Part shown: one piece after another, positions 1 through 10,139 of the stretch | How positions within the stretch are numbered: position 1 is the first letter of the stretch | Layout: every line of letters begins with the position of its first letter | DNA from: Escherichia phage PO103-1 | Sequence record: NC_079175.1 | Strand: one strand, 5' to 3' | DNA: 53,040 bases | Notes under the pieces: model-generated | Database searches by the model: none | Seen by the model: only the letters and a program-made list of their open reading frames with translations | Told to the model about the DNA's origin: nothing | Program-made: the position numbers and the translations under genes

Positions 1-36
<36 letters not shown>

Positions 37-186
37 AATAAAATTATAATATTGCCACAATTCGAGTCTCGTAGCTTTGTTACGAATTCTAGTCTCATTA
101 ATTCTGTAGCAATATTTAAATTAAAAAAAAAATTATAAAAAAAATTATTTCATAGTCGGTCTTCCATTCGAACAAATTTTGGCGAG

Positions 187-241
187 ATACAGCTGACCGA
201 CCATGAACGAATTACTGTCCAGGTACAGTTGACCGACCATG
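187..241. repeat. Two 17-19-bp direct repeats TACAG(C/T)TGACCGACCATG
   Basis: Copies at 187-205 and 223-241, near the left end of the genome as presented. Confidence 0.5.
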
Positions 242-283
242 TGCCATTTGGTTTTAACTTTACGCATTCCTAATATTACTCTT

Positions 284-300
284 AATATTGTAGCAATATT
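284..300. promoter_or_regulatory. Palindromic operator-like site AATATTG-tag-CAATATT
   Basis: Perfect 7-bp inverted repeat with 3-bp spacer. Confidence 0.4.
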
Positions 301-389
301 GGGAATAAATAAATATTTAATTTACTTGTTTTATTCTAGCTCAAAGAGAAACGACGCTAACGCATCGAATCTCTTCTCGCATATAATCG

Positions 390-1490
390 TTACAGCTCAA
401 ATCCGCCCAGGGCATTGGTGTCCACTTCGGAGTCAATCTGCCCGACAAGGTACGAACTAATCTCCGTTTCCTGTGGAGCAACTTGTACAGCATCCGAATT
501 CAACCATGCGTTAATCCAAGGAATCGGATTAGTAGCACCTTTGAATGGAGCATCCAATCCAACTGCTTGCATACGAATATTCGTGATATATTCCACATAT
601 CCGCACAGAATTTGCTTGTTTAAGCCAATCATTGAGCCATCTTTGAACAAATAATCAGCCCAATCTTTCTCTTGTTGGGCCACATTTTCGAACATTTCTT
701 GGCACTCTTGACGGCATTCTTTAGCAATTTCGGCCATTTCTGGGTCATCAACACCTCTTGCAAGAAGGTTCAGCATGTGTTGAGTTCCGGTCAAATGGAG
801 TGCTTCATCACGAGCAATTAAGCGAATAATCTTGGCATTTCCTTCCATTAACTTACGTTCAGCGAAGGCAAATGAGCAAGCAAAGCTGACATAAAAGCGA
901 ATTGCTTCCAGCGCATTAATGGACATGAGGCATAAATACAGCTTCTTCTTAAGCTCACGAAGAGAAACTTTATCTTCATGCAGATGCCACATGGAAGTCA
1001 GATGTTGAAGCTCGTCATAATATTGGGAGATGCCAATTGCACGCATTTTAATATGCTCATTCTCTACAATTTCATCGAAAATGACGCTAGGGTCTGTCAC
1101 GATATTACGAATAATGTGTGTGTAAGAACGGGAGTGAATTGTCTCTGAGAATGACCAAGTTTCAATCCAAGTTTCAAGCTCAGGAATGCTCACAATTGGC
1201 AGCAAAACTGTGGTTGGTCCACGCCCCTGAATGGAATCGAGCAGGATTTGGTATCGTAAATTGCTGGTGAAGATGTGCTTCTCGCATTCAGGCAGACCAG
1301 CATAATCAATTCGGTCCTGGCTAACATCAACCTCCTCAGGTCGCCAAAAGAAAGATAACTGCTTCTCGATTAACTTCTCGAAGATGCTGTACTTCTGTTG
1401 GTCATATCGGGCAACGTTAACGTTCTGACCAAAGAACATTGGCTCTAGTAGTTGGTTATTCTTGGTTTGTGAAAAGGTAGTGTAAGCCAT
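390..1490 (-). CDS. nrdB: Ribonucleotide reductase class Ia small (beta) subunit, host-like
   Basis: 366-aa ORF; N-terminus [28 protein letters not shown] and RDEALH regions match E. coli NrdB as I recall it almost residue for residue. Confidence 0.9.
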   Translation of the reverse strand: MAYTTFSQTKNNQLLEPMFFGQNVNVARYDQQKYSIFEKLIEKQLSFFWRPEEVDVSQDRIDYAGLPECEKHIFTSNLRYQILLDSIQGRGPTTVLLPIVSIPELETWIETWSFSETIHSRSYTHIIRNIVTDPSVIFDEIVENEHIKMRAIGISQYYDELQHLTSMWHLHEDKVSLRELKKKLYLCLMSINALEAIRFYVSFACSFAFAERKLMEGNAKIIRLIARDEALHLTGTQHMLNLLARGVDDPEMAEIAKECRQECQEMFENVAQQEKDWADYLFKDGSMIGLNKQILCGYVEYITNIRMQAVGLDAPFKGATNPIPWINAWLNSDAVQVAPQETEISSYLVGQIDSEVDTNALGGFEL

Positions 1491-2044
1491 TACAGATTTC
1501 CTAGATACTCATAGAATTTATGGCCACCATAACGTCCCAGACCTTTAACATTCTTGAAGTTGCACTTCTCCGATGCTGTACAAAAGTGGGTTGCTTTGGT
1601 GACAGAGGGTTGATTAAATAATACAAAAGAGATTGCAACATTAATGGTGTCCAGAACTTGTTGTTGTTCTGTGGCATAATTAATCTTTGCTACATGCTTC
1701 CATTGAGCATTCTTCTTCTTTGCTTCTCGTGTCCATGCAAATTGATTGCGTTGATAGACAACATCACAAACGGTGTTAGCGAATGGCTTCCCGAACTCAG
1801 TTCTATTACGGACGACATTAGCTACCAGAATCTTTCCATGTTTGTCCTCACCGCGAGCTTCATACCAGATAACTTTAGTATAGCATTCTAGCTCTTTGCG
1901 TTGTGAAGAAGATAGTTTCAGACTTCCATTTAAATAAGAGTGACTTGCAAAATCTGTAATAGCAGAATTCACTGCCCCAACCGAAGCTGGGGCGTTGATG
2001 TGAACTAAAGCTGTCAGAAGTGCAAGGACTTTGAATGATAACAT
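1490..2044 (-). CDS. Secreted cell-wall hydrolase, SleB/CwlJ-like
   Basis: N-terminal signal-peptide-like segment ([18 protein letters not shown]); [22 protein letters not shown] motifs typical of the SleB/CwlJ hydrolase family. Confidence 0.65.
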   Translation of the reverse strand: MLSFKVLALLTALVHINAPASVGAVNSAITDFASHSYLNGSLKLSSSQRKELECYTKVIWYEARGEDKHGKILVANVVRNRTEFGKPFANTVCDVVYQRNQFAWTREAKKKNAQWKHVAKINYATEQQQVLDTINVAISFVLFNQPSVTKATHFCTASEKCNFKNVKGLGRYGGHKFYEYLGNL

Positions 2045-2061
2045 TCGAGTTCCTTACCATT

Positions 2062-2403
2062 TCATCGTGCCTTCTTGAACCACGTCAAAGGATTAAGTTG
2101 TTTGATTGCGCCAGAGAAACTTTCCCTGACAGTTGTAATAATGAGGTTGGCACCAATGACACCAATCACAATAGCTAACACCAACTGCATAGTGACGTTA
2201 GTTGTGAAAGTTTCAAATGTACCTGCGACCTGAAATGCAAACAGCCCGATTAAGCTGCATAGCGTCGCATCCAGCAACGCTTTGCTTAAACCCTCACTCT
2301 CATATGCACCACGGATTAAGGCTGTCAGTCCAGCCAACAGTCCATGCCAAACGCCGTATTGGTGCATTGCTTCCCAAATCATCTGGAAAGTTTGTCTATC
2401 CAT
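2062..2403 (-). CDS. Small membrane protein, putative holin
   Basis: 113 aa with about three hydrophobic segments; lies immediately upstream (minus sense) of the secreted hydrolase. Confidence 0.4.
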   Translation of the reverse strand: MDRQTFQMIWEAMHQYGVWHGLLAGLTALIRGAYESEGLSKALLDATLCSLIGLFAFQVAGTFETFTTNVTMQLVLAIVIGVIGANLIITTVRESFSGAIKQLNPLTWFKKAR

Positions 2404-2945
2404 CAGAGTTCATTCCAGTCGATTGTTTCGGTTAGGTCGAGTTGAGACAGTTTGATACGCTTCTTCTTAAGTTTAATAAGCAGTTCGTTGTCAGACTTCT
2501 TGGCCATACCAAGCTCAACCATGTCAGTGAGAATGCCGATTTCTTCCGTCAATGGTGCAAGTTTCTTCTTACGCATAAACTCGTTATATTTCACACGGTT
2601 TTCTTTATGCTCGACAAACTTCTCACCATCAAACTTCCAAAAGTGTCTGTTTTCTTCAACACCCTCTGGCAGTGACTCCAGTTCAACTATGTTTCCACCC
2701 AGCGGTGTAGCCACAGTATCACCAGGACCAAAGTCAATGTGTCGAATAGTCCCATCATTTTCGTATACAACTTTGGCTGTACCGTCTTTTAAAGATTTGC
2801 GAATCTTATACCAGCATGTTCCATTCTTATCACATCCGAAGAGAATCTTGTGCTCGTCCTTGAGCACTTGCTGGTTTTCAGTCAGGTTTGTATTCTCAAC
2901 AAACCCTTCATACTTACACAGAATAACTGTCATACCACGTCCCAT
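2403..2945 (-). CDS. Tail fibre assembly protein (Tfa-like chaperone)
   Basis: C-terminal region LAPLTEE...LLIKLKKKRIKLSQLD...IDWN parallels the lambda Tfa C-terminus (IAPLQDA...LLEAWKKYRVLLNRVD...IEWP) as I recall it; directly follows a tail-fibre gene. Confidence 0.6.
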   Translation of the reverse strand: MGRGMTVILCKYEGFVENTNLTENQQVLKDEHKILFGCDKNGTCWYKIRKSLKDGTAKVVYENDGTIRHIDFGPGDTVATPLGGNIVELESLPEGVEENRHFWKFDGEKFVEHKENRVKYNEFMRKKKLAPLTEEIGILTDMVELGMAKKSDNELLIKLKKKRIKLSQLDLTETIDWNEL

Positions 2946-4266
2946 TCATATATTTCTGGAGTTTACGACGACCAACGTAGTCGATAAGTTCGTCAGCAGT
3001 TTGGTTGATTACAGCGGTGATTACCCAACCAGACTCATCTCGATACCCATAGCCACGCCATGTGGTAGTCTCTTGGTAAGAGGCCAGGCGAATATCACTC
3101 ATGAAGGAAGAGTTTACCCAATTCTCCCGTGCAAAACGGAATGGGCCGCCATTGCCAGTGTAGTCGATGTTGCCGTCATTCTGGAATACCCAGTTGTGCA
3201 CAGCACCATCATCACTTCGACGCGAAATTACAGGACTTGAGAAGTCAGATGTTCTGGAGTAAGCCCCGAAGGAAATCCAAGAGCCGTACCCATAGCCGGT
3301 CGTAGTTGTATGCAGTGTTAAAATAGGAACCCAGGCATCTGGACCCACTGTACAGTTATACACCCCATAAGGGACGTGTCCGTCTGCCTCTTGGCCCCAA
3401 CCACGACCCCAAGTTACGCCACGATACTGTCCATCCAAGAATAGCTTGAAGTCTTGTCCAGTACCACGTACTCCAAGTTGGTTGATGCCTTCTGCAATGA
3501 TACGTGCAGTGTAGTCTAAACCAGAGTTTGCATAGTGGAAGTCGATGTATGGAATATCGTTATACAACTCTATTGCACCAACTTCTGTGATGCGGTCGCG
3601 CTGATTTACTCGTGCAAGCTCTCTCCAATCGGCCCAATTCTGTGAGGAATCGAGTGTACGACTACGAACCCAAACGTTCCCATATATTGATGTGTAACGA
3701 TGTTGAACACCGTATGCAGTCGGAAGAACTTCCAGTGTGCCAGCATGTGCTGCCGGATAGCCACCAGCAGAGCCAGCCACAGCATCAGATATTTGGTAGT
3801 AAACCCCAACATCCGATGAATTTATCAGGAGGTTGATGTTCATACTTGCGGCATCTTTGCAAGCCATTACAGCATGTGCTGTGTACGTCCTGCTGCCAGA
3901 CGTACCTTGTGAGTAGTACATAATTGGCGGTCGTGCTGCCTGACCATGTGTTACTAAGATAGAGGCATTACTGTTATCAGAAATCCCAAGAACAGTTATG
4001 ATTACATATGCCCCACTGAACTTCCCAAGGTCCCACTTCTGTAACTCTGGTGGGACGTTTACAGCAGAGTTCATTTCAACATATAAAACTTCACCATTGG
4101 TGAATGTGTATGTATTGAAATTGAAGTTTGTTACAAATGCTGTGGCTGGAATCTGGGCATTCTTTTGTCCAACAGTGATTACCTCACCACGAGCAGTACC
4201 TGCATTTAAGAATGCAGCAGACTTTAAGGCGGCAATTAAGCCGCCAAATGACCAACCTTTAGCCAT
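2914..4266 (-). CDS. Tail fibre protein (distal, likely receptor-binding)
   Basis: 450 aa, Gly/Tyr/Thr/Asn-rich, last of three fibre-like genes and followed by the Tfa-like chaperone. Confidence 0.55.
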   Translation of the reverse strand: MAKGWSFGGLIAALKSAAFLNAGTARGEVITVGQKNAQIPATAFVTNFNFNTYTFTNGEVLYVEMNSAVNVPPELQKWDLGKFSGAYVIITVLGISDNSNASILVTHGQAARPPIMYYSQGTSGSRTYTAHAVMACKDAASMNINLLINSSDVGVYYQISDAVAGSAGGYPAAHAGTLEVLPTAYGVQHRYTSIYGNVWVRSRTLDSSQNWADWRELARVNQRDRITEVGAIELYNDIPYIDFHYANSGLDYTARIIAEGINQLGVRGTGQDFKLFLDGQYRGVTWGRGWGQEADGHVPYGVYNCTVGPDAWVPILTLHTTTTGYGYGSWISFGAYSRTSDFSSPVISRRSDDGAVHNWVFQNDGNIDYTGNGGPFRFARENWVNSSFMSDIRLASYQETTTWRGYGYRDESGWVITAVINQTADELIDYVGRRKLQKYMNGTWYDSYSV

Positions 4267-4275
4267 TACATTACC

Positions 4276-5667
4276 TTATAAAGTAGAGATTTGGTTTGGT
4301 GTCATTTTGAAATCCCAAACTCGGAAGTTGCGAACAGCATAGTTTCTTGATGTTGGCTGGAAATGAATCTGAGGATACCTGCCAACACATGCAGCCGCAC
4401 CATTCTGCGAGGCATCAGCAGCCACACGAACACCATCAACGTATATTTCAAGTCCAGTGGTCGTACTTAGGGTTGCAGCAATACGATACCAGCGATTCAC
4501 TCGGTTGGGGAGATTATAGTAAATCCAGTCACTAGCACCAGAGGCATTTCGGTTAAGGTTGAGCTGCCCCTTGTTCTGCAAATAGAAGTCTATGTTCTCA
4601 CTATTCAATCCATTTAGGGAGAAGAATACGCCAACAGAATCGTCACTGCTCGGCGCACGAGGTGAGTTGGAAAGAACATCCACACAGATTGTGCAGTCTG
4701 TAAATCCATATCCCGCACCTTCGTAAAGAGTTTCTCGAACATCCTGCCCAGCAGTTCTGTACAGGGCACCACCATAATCGTTGTTAAAATACAGACTGTC
4801 GGAGGCATTGATTGCACCCTTGCCAGAGTTGATATTAAAATCACCAATCAAGTGCTGACAGAAATTTGGTGCAGGTACTGCATACTTTGGTTCTTCTCGC
4901 GCCTTAACTTCTGCAAATGTTGCATCAGTAATAATTCGGGAGTTGGTGTTTGTTGATGCCTTGCCAACAACCGGAACACCGCTGGCATCCAGCCCAATAC
5001 GTTCGTCACCTGACTGCATATAAAGGCCAGCAGGACCAAACGACAACTTAGAAGTTCCGCTTACATCAAACAGCATACCTTGCTGGAATGTAACAGGTCC
5101 GGTGTAAGTACCACCAGGGACAGGAACAGCACCTGCCTGGGCAGCAGTTACTTTGTGCGGATTGTTTCGGTCATTGGCATGACTCGCAACAAGGGCATTG
5201 TACTTAGAAATCAGCGAATCGATTTGTGCTTTGTTGTATGCACCAATCATGTTGGCTGTCAGTCGATGTGGGTTGGAAGTGGTATCTGCGATGTGTGCAG
5301 AAATCCTGCTGACAATATCATCGTAGTCGTAACGAGATACTTGAATAGCACTTGCAGCCCACTGCCCCAAGTTCTCACTAGGACGTAAAGTACGGCTAGG
5401 AGAACCAACAGTTGCAACATAAACAGTTCGAGTCGCATCATCCCATACGAGGGAACCAAGTCCATACTGAACATCGGTTCCCCATTCGAAGACACCACGC
5501 TCAGCCAGTGCTAGGAGAGTAGTGTCAACCTTATACTGCAAATAGTTAAGAACCTGGAAGGTTGGGATTTCTGCAATCCACCCTTGAAGATACTTGGCAT
5601 CCCCAGGGTCACGCCGTAGGTTGGCATTGTTTGAAGTCCAGACTCTATTAAGTTTTGGTCTTAACAT
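4276..5667 (-). CDS. Tail fibre protein
   Basis: 463 aa; shares NPHK...GG(T)(F/Y)TGP(V/I)TF motif with the neighbouring fibre gene. Confidence 0.5.
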   Translation of the reverse strand: MLRPKLNRVWTSNNANLRRDPGDAKYLQGWIAEIPTFQVLNYLQYKVDTTLLALAERGVFEWGTDVQYGLGSLVWDDATRTVYVATVGSPSRTLRPSENLGQWAASAIQVSRYDYDDIVSRISAHIADTTSNPHRLTANMIGAYNKAQIDSLISKYNALVASHANDRNNPHKVTAAQAGAVPVPGGTYTGPVTFQQGMLFDVSGTSKLSFGPAGLYMQSGDERIGLDASGVPVVGKASTNTNSRIITDATFAEVKAREEPKYAVPAPNFCQHLIGDFNINSGKGAINASDSLYFNNDYGGALYRTAGQDVRETLYEGAGYGFTDCTICVDVLSNSPRAPSSDDSVGVFFSLNGLNSENIDFYLQNKGQLNLNRNASGASDWIYYNLPNRVNRWYRIAATLSTTTGLEIYVDGVRVAADASQNGAAACVGRYPQIHFQPTSRNYAVRNFRVWDFKMTPNQISTL

Positions 5668-6866
5668 TATCGTCTCGCAAGCATAGAGATTTGGTTAGCA
5701 GAAAGTCTTGGATATACCTCAAAGAATCTTAGAGCCATTACATTCTTATCTGCAAAGAGTTTGTTATCAATGTAGTCTTTCAGGTCAAGTCCGTCTGGAA
5801 AACTGAAAGAATCTTCATTAGAAGTTCGCATAACTACATCAACTTCATCGGTAGTAACTACAACAACCACAGTGGTCGGGATATTGAAGGTTGGTCCAAA
5901 GAACTTCAACCCATTGTTGGAGATGTTAAATCCGCCATACCAAAATTCTGGGGAAGCGGTTGTCTCAACAGTCCATAAACCAACAGACTCCGCATCATTA
6001 ATGTCTTCATGAAAGTCAGCACGAAGCATTGGCACAGGGAGTGCAAACTGGTTTCCATACTTAATGTTGAACTTGTTGTAGTTTGCTTCTGTGATTATTT
6101 CAAAAGCACCAGCGGAGTTGATGAACCACGCATGACCACTGCTGTCCACACCAATTGCAGTGGTTCCATTAACCAATTCGAATATGCCAGTCGAATCGTT
6201 TCGGTGCACATATTGTGAAACACCACCACCAGCATACGCTTCTTCGGTGAAAGTTATCGGTCCTGTGAAAGTACCGCCAGATGTTGGAAGTGTTCCAAGC
6301 TGTTCTGGAGTTACCCTGTGGACAGATGCGCCGGTTCTGGAGATGTGATATGGGATTGTTGTAACTCGTTCGTCGCTGGCGAATCTGTCGTACACATATT
6401 CTTGAAGGTATGTCCCATCAACAATTGTGTCTACAGTATCTTTATGAGGGTTCTGTTCTGCCATATGAGCATTGAACACATTCTTGAGATATTGAACCTT
6501 TTCATTAAACTTAATAAGGTTTGTCTCAAGAACCTCTTGCCAACCACTTCCGGAGGTTGGAGGACTTATATTGCCAGGAATCTCTTCCCGCTTCTGATAA
6601 ATCTTACCATCAACTATTGCAAAAGCGCCAAGCGAATATGTTACGGTATCACACCATTGCAATATCCCACCAACCAACATATCTCGAATCTTAACGTCAG
6701 TGATTTGAGTTAAGAAGTTCTGCCATTGTTCGGGAGGCTTTTCAGCTTCCCAGCCGACATTTTCGTATCGGTCTGGGATATAGGATGGTGCAGTCGTATC
6801 CAAATCGGGGTCAAGTGCTTCGCCATCCTGCGCCCAATATTCTGGGTAATTCAAACGATTTGTCAT
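5667..6866 (-). CDS. Tail fibre / baseplate-attached fibre protein
   Basis: 399 aa; NPHKDT...GGTFTGPITF motif shared with 4276..5667. Confidence 0.5.
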   Translation of the reverse strand: MTNRLNYPEYWAQDGEALDPDLDTTAPSYIPDRYENVGWEAEKPPEQWQNFLTQITDVKIRDMLVGGILQWCDTVTYSLGAFAIVDGKIYQKREEIPGNISPPTSGSGWQEVLETNLIKFNEKVQYLKNVFNAHMAEQNPHKDTVDTIVDGTYLQEYVYDRFASDERVTTIPYHISRTGASVHRVTPEQLGTLPTSGGTFTGPITFTEEAYAGGGVSQYVHRNDSTGIFELVNGTTAIGVDSSGHAWFINSAGAFEIITEANYNKFNIKYGNQFALPVPMLRADFHEDINDAESVGLWTVETTASPEFWYGGFNISNNGLKFFGPTFNIPTTVVVVVTTDEVDVVMRTSNEDSFSFPDGLDLKDYIDNKLFADKNVMALRFFEVYPRLSANQISMLARR

Positions 6867-7507
6867 CGGTTCTCCGGTGGATAAACTTTAGAAACATATG
6901 GGAGTTCAATAGCACCACCATTGTCCGAAAGAGTTATGGAGATGCCAACAGGCTTAAAGTCTGGAAGCATGTAAGCCAACAACACTTTCTCTGCAACTGA
7001 CAGTGTGTTATGAACTTGGTAATGTAGAGTCTGGAATCCTTCAATGATTTCAAGATTCAGGCTACGACCAAGAACAAGGTCCACATAAACAATCAGTTCT
7101 TCGATTGTGCAGCTTCCCACAACCTTGCGGATACGTGCACGTATTGCATCTTTAAGTTGAGTATCGGTACGAACAAAGTCACCAGAGTCCCGGTCACCAT
7201 CTGACTTCAAAATGCCACCAACGCCAGGATTATTGTCATCTCCGGCAGGGAATGCACTTGGGTCAGAATAGAAGCCGAAGTACCCAAGTGGTGCAGCACC
7301 ATAGATAGTACGGCTGGCACCAACGAGGTATGCAATATCATCAACCATAACGCCAAATGAATCGGCAAGGTATCGGTATTTAACAGACTCTTCTTGAGCA
7401 TTCTGGACGAGCTTTAACTCGTCCAAGAAAATCTGAATGTACGCCCGTAAGTTTGGAGAATCGCTATACTGCATTAGCAGCATATCTAAACCAGATTTAC
7501 CAGCCAT
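6863..7507 (-). CDS. Baseplate protein (P2 gpI-like position)
   Basis: 214 aa; follows the J-like gene in the P2/Mu gene order; assignment by synteny only. Confidence 0.35.
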   Translation of the reverse strand: MAGKSGLDMLLMQYSDSPNLRAYIQIFLDELKLVQNAQEESVKYRYLADSFGVMVDDIAYLVGASRTIYGAAPLGYFGFYSDPSAFPAGDDNNPGVGGILKSDGDRDSGDFVRTDTQLKDAIRARIRKVVGSCTIEELIVYVDLVLGRSLNLEIIEGFQTLHYQVHNTLSVAEKVLLAYMLPDFKPVGISITLSDNGGAIELPYVSKVYPPENR

Positions 7508-7515
7508 TATTAACC

Positions 7516-8670
7516 TTATGGTGTTTCAGTGAAAACTACAGACGCAGATGTGGCTACAGCCTTCTTGTCAATGTCCAGTTCGATTGTAGCAATTCCAGTT
7601 GGACTTGCAGAAGTACCAATGAATAATGAATCAACCTGAACACCGTTAGTAGCGTCCATGATAGGCTTGAAACATTCTGACCAGATAACAGAATCACCTG
7701 GGTTCAAGGAGTTGATATACTCCATCATAGCCGTTTGCAACTGGCGTGCCGCATCGTTGGAACTAATATTAGAACCAGGGCGACGCTTGAATGTACCAGT
7801 TACATAAATGGTTGCATCTTCTGGACGACTGAACTTAATTTCGTGCGGATAGCCTTTACTATCGTAGATAGATACGGATGTAGTACCATGGGTAGGGACA
7901 CCGCCCGTTTTGGAGGAATAAATTCGACGAGCAATTTCGTCTTCTGTTCCACCCTCTACGACAACAAATACTGTACCCGAAGGCTGAGTCCCAATAGGAG
8001 CGCCGGTATCATTATCACGAATACGAATGTAAGAAAGATTAAGGTCAGCGAGTGCAGCGTAAATAGCTTCAACAAATGCTGAACCGCTGTGCGCAGTAGT
8101 TCTGTCACGGCGGATACGAAGTGCTGGGTCAGACTCATAATCCACACCTGTTTGCCCAATCTCTGGGTTGTTAACTGATTCCCAACCTGCGACTGTGGTA
8201 ACAATTTTATTAACAGTGTTAGCAGCAATGTAATATTCGCCAGACTCAGTTGCTACTGCCGTAACAGTTCCTGGAATAATACAATCATACTGTGTTTTGA
8301 AATTCATTGTCCCGTCACTGACAATAGAGCCAGCAGGGACAAGAGTGCCAGCCTGACCAGCACAGCGAACACCAACACGAGATGGCCAATTGACTAATCG
8401 CTTTGTGAAGGTTAGTTCGCAGATGTTGTCCAGACCAACCTTCTGCATTGCACCAGGACGATAGGCATTGAATACCATTTCAGCCTGTTGCCAACACTTA
8501 GAAATTTCTTCTGAAATAATTCCAATAACCTGTCCATCTGGGCCTTCTGGACTAATGTCGAAGTTGGCACCGAACACGCTACGGAATCTGCTATTAATGT
8601 GCGACACGATTTCTTGAACAGGCTTCTGTACGAACCCGTTTTCAGTCACGCCGTACTGGATTGTTGCCAT
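7516..8670 (-). CDS. Baseplate J-like protein
   Basis: 384 aa; size and position between W-like and I-like genes. Confidence 0.5.
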   Translation of the reverse strand: MATIQYGVTENGFVQKPVQEIVSHINSRFRSVFGANFDISPEGPDGQVIGIISEEISKCWQQAEMVFNAYRPGAMQKVGLDNICELTFTKRLVNWPSRVGVRCAGQAGTLVPAGSIVSDGTMNFKTQYDCIIPGTVTAVATESGEYYIAANTVNKIVTTVAGWESVNNPEIGQTGVDYESDPALRIRRDRTTAHSGSAFVEAIYAALADLNLSYIRIRDNDTGAPIGTQPSGTVFVVVEGGTEDEIARRIYSSKTGGVPTHGTTSVSIYDSKGYPHEIKFSRPEDATIYVTGTFKRRPGSNISSNDAARQLQTAMMEYINSLNPGDSVIWSECFKPIMDATNGVQVDSLFIGTSASPTGIATIELDIDKKAVATSASVVFTETP

Positions 8671-9017
8671 GTTAAGTAATCCTCAAGACTTCCATAATCT
8701 GAGATAGCAATGAATGAAACTCTTACTTCACGCTCACGGAAGTCAGCATCAATATTTATAGAGATAAGTTGTTGAACACCTGGGGTGCTTCGAATGACGT
8801 TGGCGATGGCTGCTTCAATATCAGCAGTTCTGACAGTCTTAGTGAAGATTCCCTCGAACCAAGGGAGGCCAGTGGTCGTGTCATGTTTCCATTCTCCGAA
8901 CACTGTTAATAATCTGCACTTAACTATTTGAGCAACCTCTTCTACACCACCGACTCTGGTTGCACCACGACCAATAATAATATCGTGGTTAGAATCTAAC
9001 AGTAAGTTTCCAGCCAT
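8646..9017 (-). CDS. Baseplate wedge protein (gpW/gp25-like)
   Basis: 123 aa; position between spike and J-like genes. Confidence 0.4.
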   Translation of the reverse strand: MAGNLLLDSNHDIIIGRGATRVGGVEEVAQIVKCRLLTVFGEWKHDTTTGLPWFEGIFTKTVRTADIEAAIANVIRSTPGVQQLISINIDADFREREVRVSFIAISDYGSLEDYLTWQQSSTA

Positions 9018-9808
9018 TATTTCATCGGCCCTACATCGCCGCCTTCTGGGTTAGTGTGGGTGTGTTCGTTAACCGTGACTCCGTTAATGGTGAACGTACC
9101 CTGTTGAACCATATCGCCTGTAATTGACATTGTTCCACCACTGCCACCTGACACTGACATTCCCCCGAGAACGGTGAGCGATTTTGTAACTGTGGTGTCG
9201 CCATCCAAAAGGATTTGCGGCGAGATAACAGACGCTTTTTCTGTCGCTTCAATTACTATCTCCGAATCTTTCGTGATTGTAATCTTTGCAGCACCAGTAA
9301 TAAGTTCTACCTTTCCGTCACCATGAAGAGTCAGACGTTGGTCACGACTTGCATTTCGGAGTTCAGTAACTCCTGCATTAAATCCTGGTATTGCACCTGG
9401 AATTGGTTGTATCCCAATAATACACACAGCAGAGTTGTGAGAGAACAACTGGCTGAATGCTGGGGCAGGTCTTCCACCAATCATGCCAGCAGAGTCTTTA
9501 TTCTCTGCCAACCAATGTTCAATCCCGCGCTGAGCAAAATGAACATAGCAAGGAGTACCATCTGGAACCGGATGTGTTAGACTCCAACCGCCACCTTGGA
9601 TGAACTGCACAGGAACATTTCTGAGCCGCTTCTTCTTCTCTAAGGTGTAGGCATTGGTGTAGCCTGTAAATAGGTTTTCGATTGCAAGCTGCACCTCACA
9701 GGTTTGAGTTACAGCATCGAAGTTATAAATATGGCCTGGGTATCCTGTATTAACAGTTGCAGACTTTACATCGTTGTTATGACTCGCCACGTTCAAGTAC
9801 ACTCGCAT
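9017..9808 (-). CDS. Baseplate central spike (gpV/gp5-like)
   Basis: 263 aa with Gly/Ser/Thr-rich C-terminal repeats (GGMSVSGGSGGTMSITGDMVQQGTFTINGVTV). Confidence 0.5.
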   Translation of the reverse strand: MRVYLNVASHNNDVKSATVNTGYPGHIYNFDAVTQTCEVQLAIENLFTGYTNAYTLEKKKRLRNVPVQFIQGGGWSLTHPVPDGTPCYVHFAQRGIEHWLAENKDSAGMIGGRPAPAFSQLFSHNSAVCIIGIQPIPGAIPGFNAGVTELRNASRDQRLTLHGDGKVELITGAAKITITKDSEIVIEATEKASVISPQILLDGDTTVTKSLTVLGGMSVSGGSGGTMSITGDMVQQGTFTINGVTVNEHTHTNPEGGDVGPMK

Positions 9809-10139
9809 CTACAATGAAGAGGAACATTTGTCGCCAAGTGTAGACCTCTTCTCCTGGACTTACAGTATTCGTAACGTACATGTTTGGCAGTGGTGTGCTG
9901 TATTGCTTAAGAATATCAACACCGCCGCGAATAGGGATTCCATAAATCTTTTCAGATGAACCCCAAGCAAGGTCAAACATGTAACAGTTTAAATACTCGT
10001 TTAAATACAATGCAGACATTTTAACTGTGACACCACGAAACTCAAAAGATACATCCTTTGAGGTATCGTATGGGACAGTCTTCACATACCCTGGTGGGAG
10101 TAGTGATAATATCTCTTGCATAGCTTGTTGTTCTGTCAT
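9777..10139 (-). CDS. Hypothetical baseplate/tail protein
   Basis: 120-aa ORF tiled in the tail module. Confidence 0.35.
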   Translation of the reverse strand: MTEQQAMQEILSLLPPGYVKTVPYDTSKDVSFEFRGVTVKMSALYLNEYLNCYMFDLAWGSSEKIYGIPIRGGVDILKQYSTPLPNMYVTNTVSPGEEVYTWRQMFLFIVDASVLERGES

